This document shows positions 1 through 10,217 of a stretch of 64,000 bases of DNA, piece by piece. The notes below the pieces were generated by a model. That model saw only the letters and a list, made by a program, of their open reading frames with translations. It had not been told where the DNA came from and searched no databases. This DNA comes from an uncultured Dehalococcoidaceae bacterium (GTDB taxonomy: Bacteria > Chloroflexota > Dehalococcoidia > Dehalococcoidales > RBG-16-60-22), in NCBI GenBank assembly GCA_964500415.1, contig CAZCOB010000001.1, positions 15,204 to 79,203 of the forward strand, given 5' to 3'. Position 1 is the stretch's first letter; each line of letters starts with the position of its first letter. The translations under genes were made by a program, and so were the position numbers.

Positions 1-839
1 TCGATGGCTACCGACGCCGTCTCGCCGATGGCGCCCATCGTCATCAGGACGACCCTGGCGCTGTCTGTTTTGTGTTTCTCGACGGGTGTATATTTTCGCC
101 CGAAGGCTTTATTGTATTTGTCCCAGACCTCCACGATGACCTTCTTGGAGTTCCGTATAGTCACTTCGTGTGCCCACTTCGTCTCCGTGAAGATGCCCGG
201 CGGGGCGAAGTCTCCCATTGCTACCGGATTATCCGGGTTCAACGGCAGCGGAAACCTGTAAGGAGGCAGGAACTTATCGACTTCGCTCTGTTCCGGAAAT
301 TCTATCGGCTCGATGACATGTGTAAGGTTAAAGCCGTCCAGGTGTACCATCACCGGCAGCAACACCCGTTTGTCCTCGCCGATGCGGAAGGCGCAGATGA
401 CGTTATCCACACACTGCTGCCCGTTCTCCGCGATTATCTGTATCCAGCCCGTGTCCCTGACGGACATCAGGTCGGAATGGTCGCACCAGATGCTCAGCGG
501 CGCGGACAAAGCCCGGTTGGCCACCGTCATGACGATGGGCAGCCTCATCGGAGCCGCCACATATACCACTTCGTTCATCAGTGCCAGACCCTGGCTGGCT
601 GTGGCTGTAAACGTGCGGGCGCCGCTGGCCGCCGAGCCGAGACAGGCGCTCATGGCGGAGTGCTCCGACTCCACCGGTATGTATTCGGCATCCAGTTCCC
701 CGTTGGCTACCAGTTCGGCCAGGTGCTCGACGATGTGGGTCTGCGGGGTAATCGGGTAGGCCGCGATGACATCCGGGTTGGCCAGTTTGACCGCGTCCGC
801 AATGGCGATGGATACCTCGATACCTACTCTTGTAGCCAT
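1..839 (-). CDS. porA: Pyruvate:ferredoxin oxidoreductase alpha subunit, 3' end truncated by the window edge
   Basis: Not in the ORF track; manual translation from ATG at 839 gives MATRVGIEVSIAIADAVKLANPDVIAAYPITPQTHIVEHL with the PorA YPITPQT motif; start overlaps the porD stop. Confidence 0.93.
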   Translation of the reverse strand, partial: MATRVGIEVSIAIADAVKLANPDVIAAYPITPQTHIVEHLAELVANGELDAEYIPVESEHSAMSACLGSAASGARTFTATASQGLALMNEVVYVAAPMRLPIVMTVANRALSAPLSIWCDHSDLMSVRDTGWIQIIAENGQQCVDNVICAFRIGEDKRVLLPVMVHLDGFNLTHVIEPIEFPEQSEVDKFLPPYRFPLPLNPDNPVAMGDFAPPGIFTETKWAHEVTIRNSKKVIVEVWDKYNKAFGRKYTPVEKHKTDSARVVLMTMGAIGETASVAI

Positions 840-1132
840 TATTCCACCTCCTCTACCATCGTTATCACCCTGGTCCAGCACTCCCTGGCGCAGATGCCGC
901 ATCCCTTACAGTAGAAAAGGTCGGCTTCGAAATACCCTTCCTCGTTCTCCCCGATGCACCCCTCCGGGCAGTACAGCGCGCAGAGGCCGCACTTGATGCA
1001 TTTCTTAAAGTCATAGGTCGGGCGTTGCGAACGCCAGGTACCGCTCTCGTACTGCCGGGCGCTGCCCGGGGCGGCCACTATCGCGCCGATTTCCAGGTCT
1101 TTCCAGGTATATTCACCCTCGGATTTAGCCAT
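839..1132 (-). CDS. porD: 2-oxoacid:ferredoxin oxidoreductase delta subunit (2x[4Fe-4S])
   Basis: Two CxxCxxCxxxC motifs (CIKCGLCALYC, CKGCGICAREC); TWRSQRP motif; lies between gamma and alpha. Confidence 0.93.
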   Translation of the reverse strand: MAKSEGEYTWKDLEIGAIVAAPGSARQYESGTWRSQRPTYDFKKCIKCGLCALYCPEGCIGENEEGYFEADLFYCKGCGICARECWTRVITMVEEVE

Positions 1133-1717
1133 TTATTGCTCCTCGATTACTACTTCTTCGTAGGCTGTTTCCATCGCTTTGATGTTGCGCTCCCCCAGCC
1201 TCCCGAAACGCTTCTCCAGCGGTGCGTGGACTGACTCTTTCTTGACGATTCCCGTAACTCTGATAACCGCGCCGAGCACGGTGGTGTTGACGATGGGCAC
1301 CCCCAGTGTCTCGCGCGCAATCTTGTTGGCATTTACCGTGGCCACCGGATATTTTATGCCGAACTCTTTCTTTATCTCCTTGACCGTTTTTCTGGTATTG
1401 ACGATAACCCATCCGCCCTTTTTCAGGCCGGAGGTCACGTTGACTTTATCCAGCAGGTTGGGGTCAAGCACCACGACGACATCCGGTTCGTTGATATCCG
1501 CCCTGATTCTAACCGGCTCTCTGGTGTCTATCCGGTTAAAAGCCTGGACCGGCGCTCCCCGTCGCTCCGGACCGAAGCTGGGGAAGGCCTGTGCGTACTT
1601 GCCTTCGCTTATGGCCGCCTGTGCCAGTAGCTCGGTAGAGGTAACCGCGCCCTGTCCGCCGCGGCCATGCCACCTGATTTCCGTGAGGCTCTTTTCTTTC
1701 GTCATTTTATGCTCCAT
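1133..1717 (-). CDS. porG: 2-oxoacid:ferredoxin oxidoreductase gamma subunit
   Basis: EIRWHGRGGQGAVT and FGPERRGAPV motifs; start may be 1705. Confidence 0.94.
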   Translation of the reverse strand: MEHKMTKEKSLTEIRWHGRGGQGAVTSTELLAQAAISEGKYAQAFPSFGPERRGAPVQAFNRIDTREPVRIRADINEPDVVVVLDPNLLDKVNVTSGLKKGGWVIVNTRKTVKEIKKEFGIKYPVATVNANKIARETLGVPIVNTTVLGAVIRVTGIVKKESVHAPLEKRFGRLGERNIKAMETAYEEVVIEEQ

Positions 1718-1727
1718 GTACTAAAAA

Positions 1728-1800
1728 CGCCCCTGGAGCGACTTGAACGCTCGCACCCGGCTCCGGAGGCCGGTGCTCTATCCACCTGAGCTACAGGGGC
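1728..1800 (-). tRNA. tRNA-Arg(CCG)
   Basis: Reverse complement folds as a cloverleaf: acceptor GCCCCTG/CAGGGGC, anticodon arm CCGGC-CTCCGGA-GCCGG, T-loop GTTCAAG; CCA not encoded. Confidence 0.95.
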
Positions 1801-1855
1801 CAATTACTAAAATGATACTATAAAATGTAAAGTTTGCGCAACCTGTACGCATCGT

Positions 1856-3214
1856 TCAGGCGTAGCGCCAGATAAGCATCAGGTGGCTGATGCCTACCAC
1901 GATAATCATGGGCGGCAGGGCGTATTTCAGGAATCTGCCCCAGCTGATGGGGTAGCCCTCTTTGTTGGCCACTGCCGTGCCCACCACATTAGCCGAAGCG
2001 CCGATGGGTGTGGCGTTCCCACCGAGGTCGGTACCCAGCGCCAGCGTCCAGGCGAGCGTCGGCAGGCTCATCGCTCCCACTACCGAAAGCTCCTTGATAA
2101 CGGGCACCATGGTGGCGGCGAAGGGAATGTTATCGACGATTGCCGAGGCGAAAGCAGAAATCCATAAGATGAAAGGTATCGCGATAGTTAATTTACCCCC
2201 GGATGCATCCCCGATGAATTTGGCGATTATCTCCAGCACGCCGGTCTCTTCCAGCCCGCCGACGCAGACAAACAGGCCGATGAAAAAGAGCAGGGTCTGC
2301 CAGTTGACCCCCCTTAAAACGTGCTTGATGTCTTTCACGTCGGTCAGCAATGTCAGTATGGCGGCAATCACGCCGATAATACCCATTGACAGTCCGGTCT
2401 CGGCGTGCGTCACGATAAGTATTACCGCAAATATGAATATGCCCGTATCTATCATGAACAGGCGGCGGTCCTTGATGGCGGAGCCGGGCAGGGGGCATAC
2501 CTTCATTATTTCATCGGGGCTGGTCTTCTGCTTCAGGCTTTTACGGAAAATAAAGTAGAAATAGACCAGCGTAAAAATCATGCAGGTCCAGGCGATGATG
2601 CCGGTATTCATGGCGAAGTCGAAGAAATTATAACCCAGGGCGGTGCCGATGATGATATTGGGCGGGTCGCCGCTCATAGTGGCGCTGCCGCCGGTGTTGG
2701 CGGCGAAAATTTCCGCCACTATCACCGGCACGGGGTCGAACTTGAAAAGTCGGGCCAGTTCGACGGTTATCAGGCTCAGGAACAGCAATACGGTAATGCT
2801 GTCGATGAACATTGATAAGAACCCGGAAATAACCATAAACAAGAGCAGTAAAGGAATTACCCGGCATCCTACCAGGCGCGCCGCGTAAAGACAAATCCAG
2901 CGGAAAAATCCCACCCTCTCCATGCCGGCCACCATTACCATCATCCCGCCGATGAAGATTATGGTCTGCCAGTTCACGCCGTAGGATTCTACATGCTCCC
3001 CGCCCGGTACCCAGAAGCTCCACTGCCCCAGTTGCTCCAGGTTCAGCACATTCCAGGCCGACCCCGGACTCTGCATGACTCCCAGGAAGACGACCAGTAT
3101 CACGAGGGCCGCGCCGATAAGGGCGGGGATATAACGGGGTGCCTTATCGCTGACAATTACGGCCAGCATGATAACGAAGATGGCTATGGATAGAATTTGG
3201 CTTAGTGATATCAT
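1856..3214 (-). CDS. ArsB/NhaD (SLC13-like) ion transporter superfamily permease
   Basis: Multi-TM protein; AANTGGSATMSGDPPNII, VDNIP and LGGNATPIGASAN hairpin motifs. Confidence 0.88.
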   Translation of the reverse strand: MISLSQILSIAIFVIMLAVIVSDKAPRYIPALIGAALVILVVFLGVMQSPGSAWNVLNLEQLGQWSFWVPGGEHVESYGVNWQTIIFIGGMMVMVAGMERVGFFRWICLYAARLVGCRVIPLLLLFMVISGFLSMFIDSITVLLFLSLITVELARLFKFDPVPVIVAEIFAANTGGSATMSGDPPNIIIGTALGYNFFDFAMNTGIIAWTCMIFTLVYFYFIFRKSLKQKTSPDEIMKVCPLPGSAIKDRRLFMIDTGIFIFAVILIVTHAETGLSMGIIGVIAAILTLLTDVKDIKHVLRGVNWQTLLFFIGLFVCVGGLEETGVLEIIAKFIGDASGGKLTIAIPFILWISAFASAIVDNIPFAATMVPVIKELSVVGAMSLPTLAWTLALGTDLGGNATPIGASANVVGTAVANKEGYPISWGRFLKYALPPMIIVVGISHLMLIWRYA

Positions 3215-3301
3215 TGAATTGGACGCAGTCTAAGAATCGGATGTGACAACTCAATTTTAACAGGTGTTATCCGTTACTGGCAATATTACCCTGTCACATG
3301 G

Positions 3302-4399
3302 TTATTTACACCTGGCGAGTATGCTCAGGCTGCAAGGGAGACCTCCCCACTCACTGACGACCCTGTCCAGTTGCACCCACGTAAAGCCCGGTGACGATTC
3401 GGCAGGCGTCTCCAGTATTTCTATTATTTCAAATCTATCACTTAAATTCCTGATAAGAAATTCTCTGGTGTAACCCACCAGATGGAGGCGTCGAAGGCCC
3501 CTTTGCTGATACTCAATTTCATCATTGATATTAGGGCATTGAATCAGTAAATACCCCTTCGATTTAAGTTGGTAATACATAGCGTCGAAGACTTCCTTAA
3601 CGTTAAAAACATGTTCCAGAGCGTGGTGTGAAATAATGCCGTCGAAGCTGGCCTCCGGGAAACTCTTCAGCCCGTAATTACCGAGCGCAATATTTTCGAG
3701 GTTATAGTGTTCCCTTGCGTATTTGACCTCCGGCAAGCTCGGGTCGATTCCGTACGGAATCATGCCGGCTTCTTTAAAGCAATTGCATAAGATTCCTTCG
3801 GCGCAACCTATGTCCAGTATTTTTGAGGAAGGTGGCAGGCCGGTACGATTAAGAAAGTACTGTGCGATGAAGTTCTTGCGTTCTATGAACTTTACGTCTG
3901 CTCCACGCCCAAAACTTGATTCCGTGTCAGCCAACATGGACCGGTACAGGTTGCTGTAATAGTTGTTGACAGCCTGCTCGTCGTGAGGGTAATTCTGGTA
4001 AATCAGGCCGCAATCATTGCATTTCATGTAATTGATGGAAGTGTTTTTCTCCAGGATTCTTTTTGCCTTGTTGAAATAGCGGTTGCGTTTTTTTAAGCTC
4101 TTGATATTCATGCCGTAAATATAGTCTAATCGCCTGGAATCTTTATCGTAGAGGCCTGTAAAATTTCCCTCCAGCGTGTATTTATAGAACAGCTGAGAGT
4201 TATTGGACCCGCAATAGTAACAAGGTAAGATTACCCCGCTATTATTTGTTTGCTCGATGGTGGATAGTCGCCATAGCCTTTTTATCTTGTTGGATTTGTA
4301 TGCATGGAAGACTGCAAGAAATATCAGACGCTCAGCGTAAATGTATACTAAAAACAACAACGCTTTCAGTTTATGATAGAACCATTTGATAATAGTCAT
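3302..4399 (-). CDS. Class I SAM-dependent methyltransferase with N-terminal Zn-binding region
   Basis: ILDIGCAEG motif I, HHALEH, CxxC pairs (CYYC, CNDC). Confidence 0.85.
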   Translation of the reverse strand: MTIIKWFYHKLKALLFLVYIYAERLIFLAVFHAYKSNKIKRLWRLSTIEQTNNSGVILPCYYCGSNNSQLFYKYTLEGNFTGLYDKDSRRLDYIYGMNIKSLKKRNRYFNKAKRILEKNTSINYMKCNDCGLIYQNYPHDEQAVNNYYSNLYRSMLADTESSFGRGADVKFIERKNFIAQYFLNRTGLPPSSKILDIGCAEGILCNCFKEAGMIPYGIDPSLPEVKYAREHYNLENIALGNYGLKSFPEASFDGIISHHALEHVFNVKEVFDAMYYQLKSKGYLLIQCPNINDEIEYQQRGLRRLHLVGYTREFLIRNLSDRFEIIEILETPAESSPGFTWVQLDRVVSEWGGLPCSLSILARCK

Positions 4400-4458
4400 A
4401 TTATTGGCAGCCGGGTATTTTTATTTTTATGATTATTCCTCCTGAGCAATGAGAAAGG

Positions 4459-5526
4459 TTACCGTTTGGTATGGCTGTTCTTTTCATTTGAAAGGTTTTG
4501 CTTGCTCATGAGAATACACAGGTTATCACCGGGATATTTTATGACCTTTCGGGCTGCTATTAGCAATTCCAACAGTAAGTACACAACGCCCCTGTCGATA
4601 AAGCCGTTACCACGGCTTTTCATGTCTTGAAACCCCGGTTCCTTTATCTCATCATACAGGTTGTAATTATCAACGATAGTGAGTTTTAGTGGATTTTCCA
4701 GGATATCCCTCATGGATATTGATTCCGACCAGAGATTTTTTACACTGAGGCCTGCGGCCTTAGCTGCCCGTTGTACTGTCCTGGCCGTGAAGAACTGCAC
4801 GTGGACCGGCGACCATGTGCGTTGTAATCCGTTAAATATTTTTCGAGATAATGATTCATAATTCGGGACGGAAACAAAGATGCGCGAGCGTTCGTCCCGA
4901 AGCAAGCGTTTACAATGTGATAATAATGCTACGGGGTCAATTATATGCTCCAGTACCTCCTCAAGTATAATCAGGTCAAACTTCTCGCTACTCTCAAAAT
5001 CCTCCACCTTCGTCTGAACAAGTTCTAATCCAAAGCGCCGGCGGGCTTCTTCCACCCTGGTATTATCGAATTCAATCCCCGTAGCCTCCCAACCCTGGTC
5101 GAGGGCTGCTTTTACCAGGTAGCCGTAACTGGTGCCGACATCCAAAAGCCTTCCCTTTTCGATACCTGCTATATCCTTTAACTGGTTAAAACGTTTGACC
5201 TTGGACTGCAGTGCGGCTTCATCGGATTTGAACCCCATGTGAGGGACGGCGTGGTCAATCCCTTTATATTGCAGGGCCAGGCGTAGTTCCACCAGCGCTT
5301 CAGGCGATGTTACTTTACGCAGGTACACCAGCCTGCAACGACGGCACTTTACGAAATCCAGCGGCCTTAAGGGGTGTGTTATCGGTCTGCCATTATCACC
5401 GGAACATAAGGGACATTCTCTATGCACCAGTTTTGAGCTATCGAGGTTTTCTTTTACCTTGTCTTCCAGCAGTCGTAACAGTGTTTTAGATTTTATTATT
5501 TTATAAAGTCGCCTTAATGTCTTCAT
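4459..5526 (-). CDS. Class I SAM-dependent methyltransferase with N-terminal Zn-binding region
   Basis: LLDVGTSYG motif I, EEVLEH, VSVPN, CPLC and CRRC. Confidence 0.85.
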   Translation of the reverse strand: MKTLRRLYKIIKSKTLLRLLEDKVKENLDSSKLVHRECPLCSGDNGRPITHPLRPLDFVKCRRCRLVYLRKVTSPEALVELRLALQYKGIDHAVPHMGFKSDEAALQSKVKRFNQLKDIAGIEKGRLLDVGTSYGYLVKAALDQGWEATGIEFDNTRVEEARRRFGLELVQTKVEDFESSEKFDLIILEEVLEHIIDPVALLSHCKRLLRDERSRIFVSVPNYESLSRKIFNGLQRTWSPVHVQFFTARTVQRAAKAAGLSVKNLWSESISMRDILENPLKLTIVDNYNLYDEIKEPGFQDMKSRGNGFIDRGVVYLLLELLIAARKVIKYPGDNLCILMSKQNLSNEKNSHTKR

Positions 5527-5569
5527 GTTTTATATCTCACCGGTGAGTTGCGGCTGACATTCTTTATTA

Positions 5570-6856
5570 TTAATTCCTGATATCCAAAGACGGGTAACGT
5601 CTGCGCAAATTCATCAAAAACCGGCAATACCTGTCCAGCAATCTCCATAACTTGCGGTGCGAAGCGAGAAACCGTCTGGAATGAAGGAGGAAAATATTCA
5701 GGTAATCGGTGGCTAAAGTCGGTATCGATGGCTTTTCATCATAGCGGGGCACCTTTCTCCCCAGGAGTCTGGCATATTGAAATTGCCCCTTCAGCCTTCT
5801 CTTTTGCCTGAAAAATTGTTTTCCAGATATCTTGACGCGGTCGGCGCTAATCGGCTCCGCGGTTATCCTTCCTTTGTTAACAAGCCTCTGAATAATCTCC
5901 TCGCCATAGCTGGTTCTGGACACGAAGATGGAGCTACCGATTTTGTCGATATTCCTTATTTCGGGCAGCGATGCGTCCCCGAAGGAGATATCGGCTAGCT
6001 CCGCCGCGCCGTCTCTGCAGAGTGTGCAGCGCCAGGGAGTGAACGAGCAAAAGGGAATATCGTAATACCTGAGCTGATTGATTTCCTTGATACCCCCGCC
6101 CTTGAGATGAATTACCATTTTGCCGGGCCAACCTTCCCTGCGGTAGCTCAGTTTGGTTACGTTATCTTTCTCAATTCCGTATCTGGAGAGAAGATATTCG
6201 GTGGCAAGGAGGGTTTTGGTGGTGCCGCAGAACAGCCCGAGGTGTAAAATTATCCTTTCCTTGAGTTCGGTATTAACTTCCTCGGCTTTTCTCACACCAT
6301 GAAGGTGACACGGCAGCCCCACCACGGCGTATTTACCCGGCGTCGCCAGTATCTCGTCCAGGGCCAGATTGGCGGGAACGGCGCAGTACTTGGACCCCGC
6401 TGAGGATATTATATCCTCTTTGTTTCTGGCAATCACGGGTTCCGGTTCTAAAGGCCTATCTTGATTCATCGTAGCTACGAGGGCCCCATCGATGATATTA
6501 TCTTCCAGCAATGAAATCAGCAACGATGGTATCAGACCGCCGGAGCTGGACTCATATCTTATTTTGTCATCAGTAGCATGGCCGGTGTAGCAATTCAAGT
6601 AATTGCCGAGTATTTTGTCCTCGGGTTCCGCATTAAAGATATCCAGGTTAAGATGTTTGAAATCGACCTCGTGCCCCGGGCAGACCTGAAGGCAGGTTCC
6701 ACACGCGGTACATTTTTCCTTTTCCACATGCGGAATGTAAAGCTGGTCGTTTTTGAGTATTTTTATTGCCGAGGAGGGACAGAGACTCACGCACGTGCCG
6801 CAGCCCAGGCAAAGGCCGCTTCTTACCACGTCATCAATCGTTCCCTCTTTTTTCAT
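5570..6856 (-). CDS. Coenzyme F420 hydrogenase/dehydrogenase beta-subunit (FrhB-like) domain protein with ferredoxin N-terminus, glycan-cluster type
   Basis: CLGCGTCVSLCP and CTACGTCLQVCP; SSSGG, GSKY, VVGLPCH, LGLFC, CTLC..ADISFGD. Confidence 0.88.
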   Translation of the reverse strand: MKKEGTIDDVVRSGLCLGCGTCVSLCPSSAIKILKNDQLYIPHVEKEKCTACGTCLQVCPGHEVDFKHLNLDIFNAEPEDKILGNYLNCYTGHATDDKIRYESSSGGLIPSLLISLLEDNIIDGALVATMNQDRPLEPEPVIARNKEDIISSAGSKYCAVPANLALDEILATPGKYAVVGLPCHLHGVRKAEEVNTELKERIILHLGLFCGTTKTLLATEYLLSRYGIEKDNVTKLSYRREGWPGKMVIHLKGGGIKEINQLRYYDIPFCSFTPWRCTLCRDGAAELADISFGDASLPEIRNIDKIGSSIFVSRTSYGEEIIQRLVNKGRITAEPISADRVKISGKQFFRQKRRLKGQFQYARLLGRKVPRYDEKPSIPTLATDYLNIFLLHSRRFLASHRKLWRLLDRYCRFLMNLRRRYPSLDIRN

Positions 6857-6871
6857 GGGGGTTAATCCGAA

Positions 6872-8053
6872 TTATTTACCCGGCAGCCCCAGCTTAACCA
6901 GGTCGTCTCTCATCTCTTTTTTAAATATCTCCCACTCTTTAAAGGCCTGCTCGACTCTTTTGTTATAGTTTGCCAGCGGGTCCGGATTTTCCAGAATCGA
7001 GCGCGCCTTGGAGATGACAGTATCTAGGTTCGCGGATTTTGCGGGGAGGTGCAATTCCATATCCGGGTCGTAGGTATCTATCATGTCCCTCGTTCTCGTA
7101 GATTCCTCGGTAAATACGTGGAGGAAGGGCGTTCCCACCGCACCCGCTAATATCGAAGAATGTAACTGATAGGTTATTACCAGAGGGGCATTCTGGAAAA
7201 GGAGGGGGTAGGCGTAGGGGTCATAAAATTTCATTCCGTACCTTTTGACCACAACTGCTCTCGGCGAGTATTTCAGGGCGCTGGTAATCAGCGGGTGGAC
7301 CCAGTTTTTCAGCGGCGAGCGCCTTATTAACGCTTCTGAAAGGGTCCTTGCCCTTTCGAACATTCTCCAGGTAAACCTCTGTGTGCCGGTTATCGGTTTA
7401 TCCATTCCTACCCGCCAGTCCTGAAGTAGAGGCCTCTCGTATTCCTGGGCCACGATAAGCGCCTTGCGGAGGCCTATTCTCTCGGCCATATGCTGCGCCT
7501 TCGACTCGTCGAGTAACAAATCATCCGGTATAAACATGTCCCGATAGTTGATTATCAGCGTCTCTCTATCTCGCTCGCTGAGTGGTTTCCTGGCCCACTG
7601 GTCTTCTCTGGAAAGATGCATCACGGGGTCACCGATTACCCTGGCTTTAACTCCCAGTTTTTCCAGCCTGTTTTGGGTGACATTATCCCTGGCTGAAAAA
7701 AGCCTTAGGCTTTTAAGACTCTTGATAAATTGCTCAAATTTAGACGTAAGGTCAACACCAATAGTGCTTGAATAGTCCGGTGTGGTTATGCCTAACGCAT
7801 AGACAGGTATATCGATATTCGCTGGAAGATTTAATAAAAAGGAGACGCTGATTATGCCGCCGACGACGATTATATCTGGTTTGCCTAACAAGCCGATATT
7901 CTCCTCGGTAATCGGTGTGGACAAATTCATTATCTCTGCATGGGGTATGATTTCCCTGATAAGGTCTCGCCCTTTGATGTGCACCATGGCCCCGCCGGCA
8001 TTTGGAGCTGTTATTTTATAAAATTTGACTTTTACGGTTGATTTATTCATCAT
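6872..8053 (-). CDS. Polysaccharide pyruvyl transferase family protein
   Basis: IVVGG, SARDNVT, IGDPV, YQLHSSILA motifs; start placed at ATG 8053 just past the wzt stop. Confidence 0.72.
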   Translation of the reverse strand: MMNKSTVKVKFYKITAPNAGGAMVHIKGRDLIREIIPHAEIMNLSTPITEENIGLLGKPDIIVVGGIISVSFLLNLPANIDIPVYALGITTPDYSSTIGVDLTSKFEQFIKSLKSLRLFSARDNVTQNRLEKLGVKARVIGDPVMHLSREDQWARKPLSERDRETLIINYRDMFIPDDLLLDESKAQHMAERIGLRKALIVAQEYERPLLQDWRVGMDKPITGTQRFTWRMFERARTLSEALIRRSPLKNWVHPLITSALKYSPRAVVVKRYGMKFYDPYAYPLLFQNAPLVITYQLHSSILAGAVGTPFLHVFTEESTRTRDMIDTYDPDMELHLPAKSANLDTVISKARSILENPDPLANYNKRVEQAFKEWEIFKKEMRDDLVKLGLPGK

Positions 8054-8073
8054 CCTGCCTTTTCCCCTGACGC

Positions 8074-9336
8074 TTATGGATATGGCTGATTGATGCGCCA
8101 TTCGTGATGCGGTAAATAGGGCGGGTAGTTTTGTACTACCGGGGCTATGCGCTCCCAGCTTGCTTGGGATGAAGATATCTCCATGAAACCGATTGTCTGT
8201 CTGGTAAAAGCCGCTTTCTTGCCGAGAGTCGATGTCGGTAGCAGCAGCACCGATAGTAAAATATCATACGTGCCGGGTAGAAGTAACAGGTCGTGCAAGG
8301 TGCAGGAGATTATTCCCTTGCCGACCTCGATAGTGGCACGTACATCGTCGTGGGCGGTGTTTAGGCGTATCGCCAACTCCTTGTTATCTCTCCGCTGGAA
8401 GAGTATATCGAACGAGGGGGTTTCCAGGCGTTGGAAGCAATCATAGCCTATCTCCATCGTTACCGTGTCGCCGTGCCTGAACTCGGAGGAGTCTTTTCTC
8501 TGGTTGCTTATGTTGACATTACGGATGACAATTTCCTCTGATGCGGGCAGTGTAACGGCTCCGGGCGCGGCGCCGGATATGGTATCGCGGATATAGGCTG
8601 ATATGACGGATTCCGGAGTGCCTTCCTGTTTGACAGTAGCGTCCTGAAGCCATATCACCCGTTCTGTTATTGACTGTACGGTTGGCATGCTGTGGGATAT
8701 GAAGATAGTTGAACCGCCGGCATTCATGAATTCTTTCATCTTGGCGACGCATTTGCCCCTGAAGCTCTCATCGCCCACCGCCAGGACCTCGTCCACCAGC
8801 AGGATATCCTGGTCGCAATGGGCCGCTACGGCGAACCCCAGCCTGACGAGCATGCCGGAGCTGTAGTTCTTCACCGGCGTGTTCAGAAAGTCGCCGATAT
8901 TCGCAAAACTCACTATCTCATCGAATTTGCGGTCTATCTCCTCCTTGTTCATGCCCAGGATGGCGCCATTGATGTAGATGTTCTCGCGCCCGGTCAGCAT
9001 GGGATGGAACCCGGCGCCCAGCTCGATGAGAGGCCCCACCCGACCGGCTATCTCTATTTTACCCTTATCCGGCATGTAGATTCCGTTGAGCATCTTCAGC
9101 AGTGTGCTCTTCCCCGAGCCATTGGCCCCGATAATCCCCAGGCACTCGCCCTTTTTCAGCTCGAAGGAAACATCGTCTACTGCCCAGAACTCGTTTTTTC
9201 TGAGTCTATCCGGTTTCGTGCTCATCCGGAGCAGGCTCTTGGCGATGTCTAGCATGCCGTAACGCATCGATGTCCGCAGGTATCGGCAGAACTTCTTGGA
9301 TACATGCTCGACTTTTACTATAGTGTTATCGTTCAT
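8074..9336 (-). CDS. wzt: Polysaccharide ABC exporter ATP-binding protein with C-terminal Wzt_C-like domain
   Basis: Walker A GANGSGKST, YSSGM signature, LLVDEVLAVGD; about 170-aa C-terminal extension. Confidence 0.92.
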   Translation of the reverse strand: MNDNTIVKVEHVSKKFCRYLRTSMRYGMLDIAKSLLRMSTKPDRLRKNEFWAVDDVSFELKKGECLGIIGANGSGKSTLLKMLNGIYMPDKGKIEIAGRVGPLIELGAGFHPMLTGRENIYINGAILGMNKEEIDRKFDEIVSFANIGDFLNTPVKNYSSGMLVRLGFAVAAHCDQDILLVDEVLAVGDESFRGKCVAKMKEFMNAGGSTIFISHSMPTVQSITERVIWLQDATVKQEGTPESVISAYIRDTISGAAPGAVTLPASEEIVIRNVNISNQRKDSSEFRHGDTVTMEIGYDCFQRLETPSFDILFQRRDNKELAIRLNTAHDDVRATIEVGKGIISCTLHDLLLLPGTYDILLSVLLLPTSTLGKKAAFTRQTIGFMEISSSQASWERIAPVVQNYPPYLPHHEWRINQPYP

Positions 9337-9350
9337 CGTCTTTTACAGCC

Positions 9351-10205
9351 TTATACCCTCTCGGTAATCCTGGTCTCGCTCAGATGGAAAACAATCAGGC
9401 CGACCACGAACACTACGAGAGAGATAATACTCGCATAGGCGAACCCTTTGAGATTATCGGCACTACCCAGAACGAGCAGGTCCCTGGGAACTGAAACCAG
9501 ATAGTACAGGGGATTGTAGGTACTGACAATGCCTACAATACCGCCGGCCGGTTTGGCGTAAAGTATCGGCGTGGCGAAGAGCAGGAAGGTGATGGCTACT
9601 ACAATACTGTTGCCTGCATCCCGGGCAACGCAGTTAATCAGCGAGAGGAAAAACCCCAGGCCGAGTGTGAGTATTAGTAAAGGTATAACGGCGAATGGCA
9701 CCAGTAATATCGTTAGAGGGGGTGGGGTCGTGTAAGCGCCGAAGAGGATGAGCAGGATTACAATCGGGATAAGGAAGGTAATAAATCCCTGGAGTACGCC
9801 GGAGATAACGAGGGTCTTCTTGGGGAAATTAATCTTGGTAATGATAGTCCCGGCGGTAACCAGTGAGTTTGTGCCCAGCGTAAGCCCCACCGAAAAAAGC
9901 TGCCATATCGACGTTCCGGCCAGGGCGAACAGCGGATACGGTACGGAGATATCCCCAACGTTAAGTATTCCACCGTTATTCAGGAAGACGAAGATAACCA
10001 CACTGGCCAGGGGGACCATGAGAGCCCAGAATATACCCAATACCGACTGCTTGTAGTTAGCCGTGAAGTTCCTCTTAAAAAGTTGGAAAGTCAGCCAGTA
10101 ATTACTGAAGATTTCGCTGAACATCTCTTTAAACAAGGTCGGATAACCTTGCTTGTTGAGCTTATCCGGCACATATACGAAGCGTTTTTCCTTCACTTTG
10201 ACCAA
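9351..10205 (-). CDS. wzm: Polysaccharide ABC exporter permease (ABC-2 type)
   Basis: YKQSVLGIFW, KINFP, TPILY, NPL motifs; adjacent to wzt. Confidence 0.92.
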   Translation of the reverse strand: MVKVKEKRFVYVPDKLNKQGYPTLFKEMFSEIFSNYWLTFQLFKRNFTANYKQSVLGIFWALMVPLASVVIFVFLNNGGILNVGDISVPYPLFALAGTSIWQLFSVGLTLGTNSLVTAGTIITKINFPKKTLVISGVLQGFITFLIPIVILLILFGAYTTPPPLTILLVPFAVIPLLILTLGLGFFLSLINCVARDAGNSIVVAITFLLFATPILYAKPAGGIVGIVSTYNPLYYLVSVPRDLLVLGSADNLKGFAYASIISLVVFVVGLIVFHLSETRITERV

Positions 10206-10217
10206 TCACTATCCGAA

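Noticed and set aside
72-914. Long + strand ORF, and similar ones at 30303-30911, 48889-48978 (extension), 53599-54249 and 61000-61746
   Set aside because: Antisense or out-of-frame shadows of well-supported genes, with no motifs or RBS
5570-6856. Evidence for F420 hydrogenase or methanogenesis
   Set aside because: No alpha or gamma subunits; the context is a glycan locus
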